The notes under the pieces are model-generated. The model did not search any database and was not told the origin of the DNA. It saw nothing but the letters and a program-made list of their open reading frames with translations. Shown piece by piece: positions 63,726 to 64,000 of a DNA stretch of 64,000 bases. This stretch comes from Bacteroidales bacterium (GTDB lineage: Bacteria > Bacteroidota > Bacteroidia > Bacteroidales > VadinHA17). The position numbers and the translations under genes were made by a program. The stretch lies in assembly GCA_009877105.1 (NCBI GenBank), contig WXFD01000019.1:9355-73354 (forward strand), given 5' to 3'. Each line of letters starts with the position of its first letter. Within the stretch, counting starts at the first letter, position 1.

Positions 63726-64000
63726 TCAGGTTTCAAGAACCAGTACCGTATCCGTGTCATCTGTAACTGCCGGCGGAACGGAGATTGTTATGCCATAGGC
63801 ATCCTGCCTGAATTTAAGCTTTGTTCCCGAATTGAAGACGGTAATACTTTTCACCTTCCTGCCGAAGTCAGGGAGCAGTAAATTATTGTCTTCCAGATCA
63901 AGCAGGTGGACATAAACCTTGTTTCCCTTCCGGGTTGTGACACCCCACGACCGGGGTGTTATGGGACCGCCCCTTGTGCCGTATATGGTCTCTCCGTATT
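63726..64000 (-). CDS. C-terminal ~90 codons of a second alpha-L-fucosidase-like (GH29 C-terminal domain) gene; 5' part lies beyond the window
   Basis: Not in the ORF track, because no start codon lies inside the window. My minus-strand translation reads ...YGTRGGPITPRSWGVTTRKGNKVYVHLLDLEDNNLLLPDFGRKVKSITVFNSGTKLKFRQDAYGITISVPPAVTDDTDTVLVLET*, with the stop at 63726..63728. This pattern is typical of the GH29 C-terminal beta-sandwich. Confidence 0.55.
   Translation of the reverse strand, partial: YGETIYGTRGGPITPRSWGVTTRKGNKVYVHLLDLEDNNLLLPDFGRKVKSITVFNSGTKLKFRQDAYGITISVPPAVTDDTDTVLVLET

Overview
64-kb chromosomal segment from a Bacteroidota bacterium, judged from a SusC/SusD pair, a T9SS type-B cargo protein with a PorP/SprF partner, and TAnnTTTG -7 boxes upstream of several genes. 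Layout: (i) 1-5.7 kb holds the 3' 4.7 kb of a giant SprB-repeat adhesin, whose 5' end lies off the window, plus PorP/SprF. (ii) 5.7-23.9 kb is a housekeeping block: EEP-family protein, CCA-adding-type nucleotidyltransferase, thioredoxin, xseB/xseA, MORN protein, dnaK, panB, RluA-type synthase, HK/RR pair, cdd, LysM-glucosaminidase, fmt, ribBA, LptF/G-like permease and a START-like protein. (iii) 23.99-41.05 kb holds an intact tRNA-Met(CAT) followed by a 16-kb all-minus-strand SusC/SusD locus containing a DeoR regulator. That locus ends at a degenerate same-strand copy of the tRNA 3' half, which is an island-like attL/attR bracket with no integrase left. (iv) 41.1-45.6 kb holds a CBM9/DUF5916-like protein, a SPOR protein, an AT-rich orphan gene and a truncated FAD-oxidoreductase remnant. 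(v) 45.8-64 kb is a carbohydrate cluster without SusC/D: URO-D-like protein coupled to an SSS transporter, GH2, GH5-like and GH-like lipoproteins, a DUF5009/NagX-like membrane protein, a DoxX fusion protein, a NupG-like permease, an LsrG-like ABM protein, an Fe-ADH, a Mut7-C RNase-domain protein and two convergent GH29 fucosidases, the second partial at the window edge. I saw no CRISPR array, rRNA, transposase or integrase. The best candidates for something new are the tRNA-bracketed PUL with a glucosamine-type cytoplasmic module and a ceramidase-like enzyme, and the unusual enzyme set of the second cluster (URO-D-like plus SSS, DoxX fusion, LsrG-like plus Fe-ADH). All functional calls rest on remembered family motifs, not on searches.
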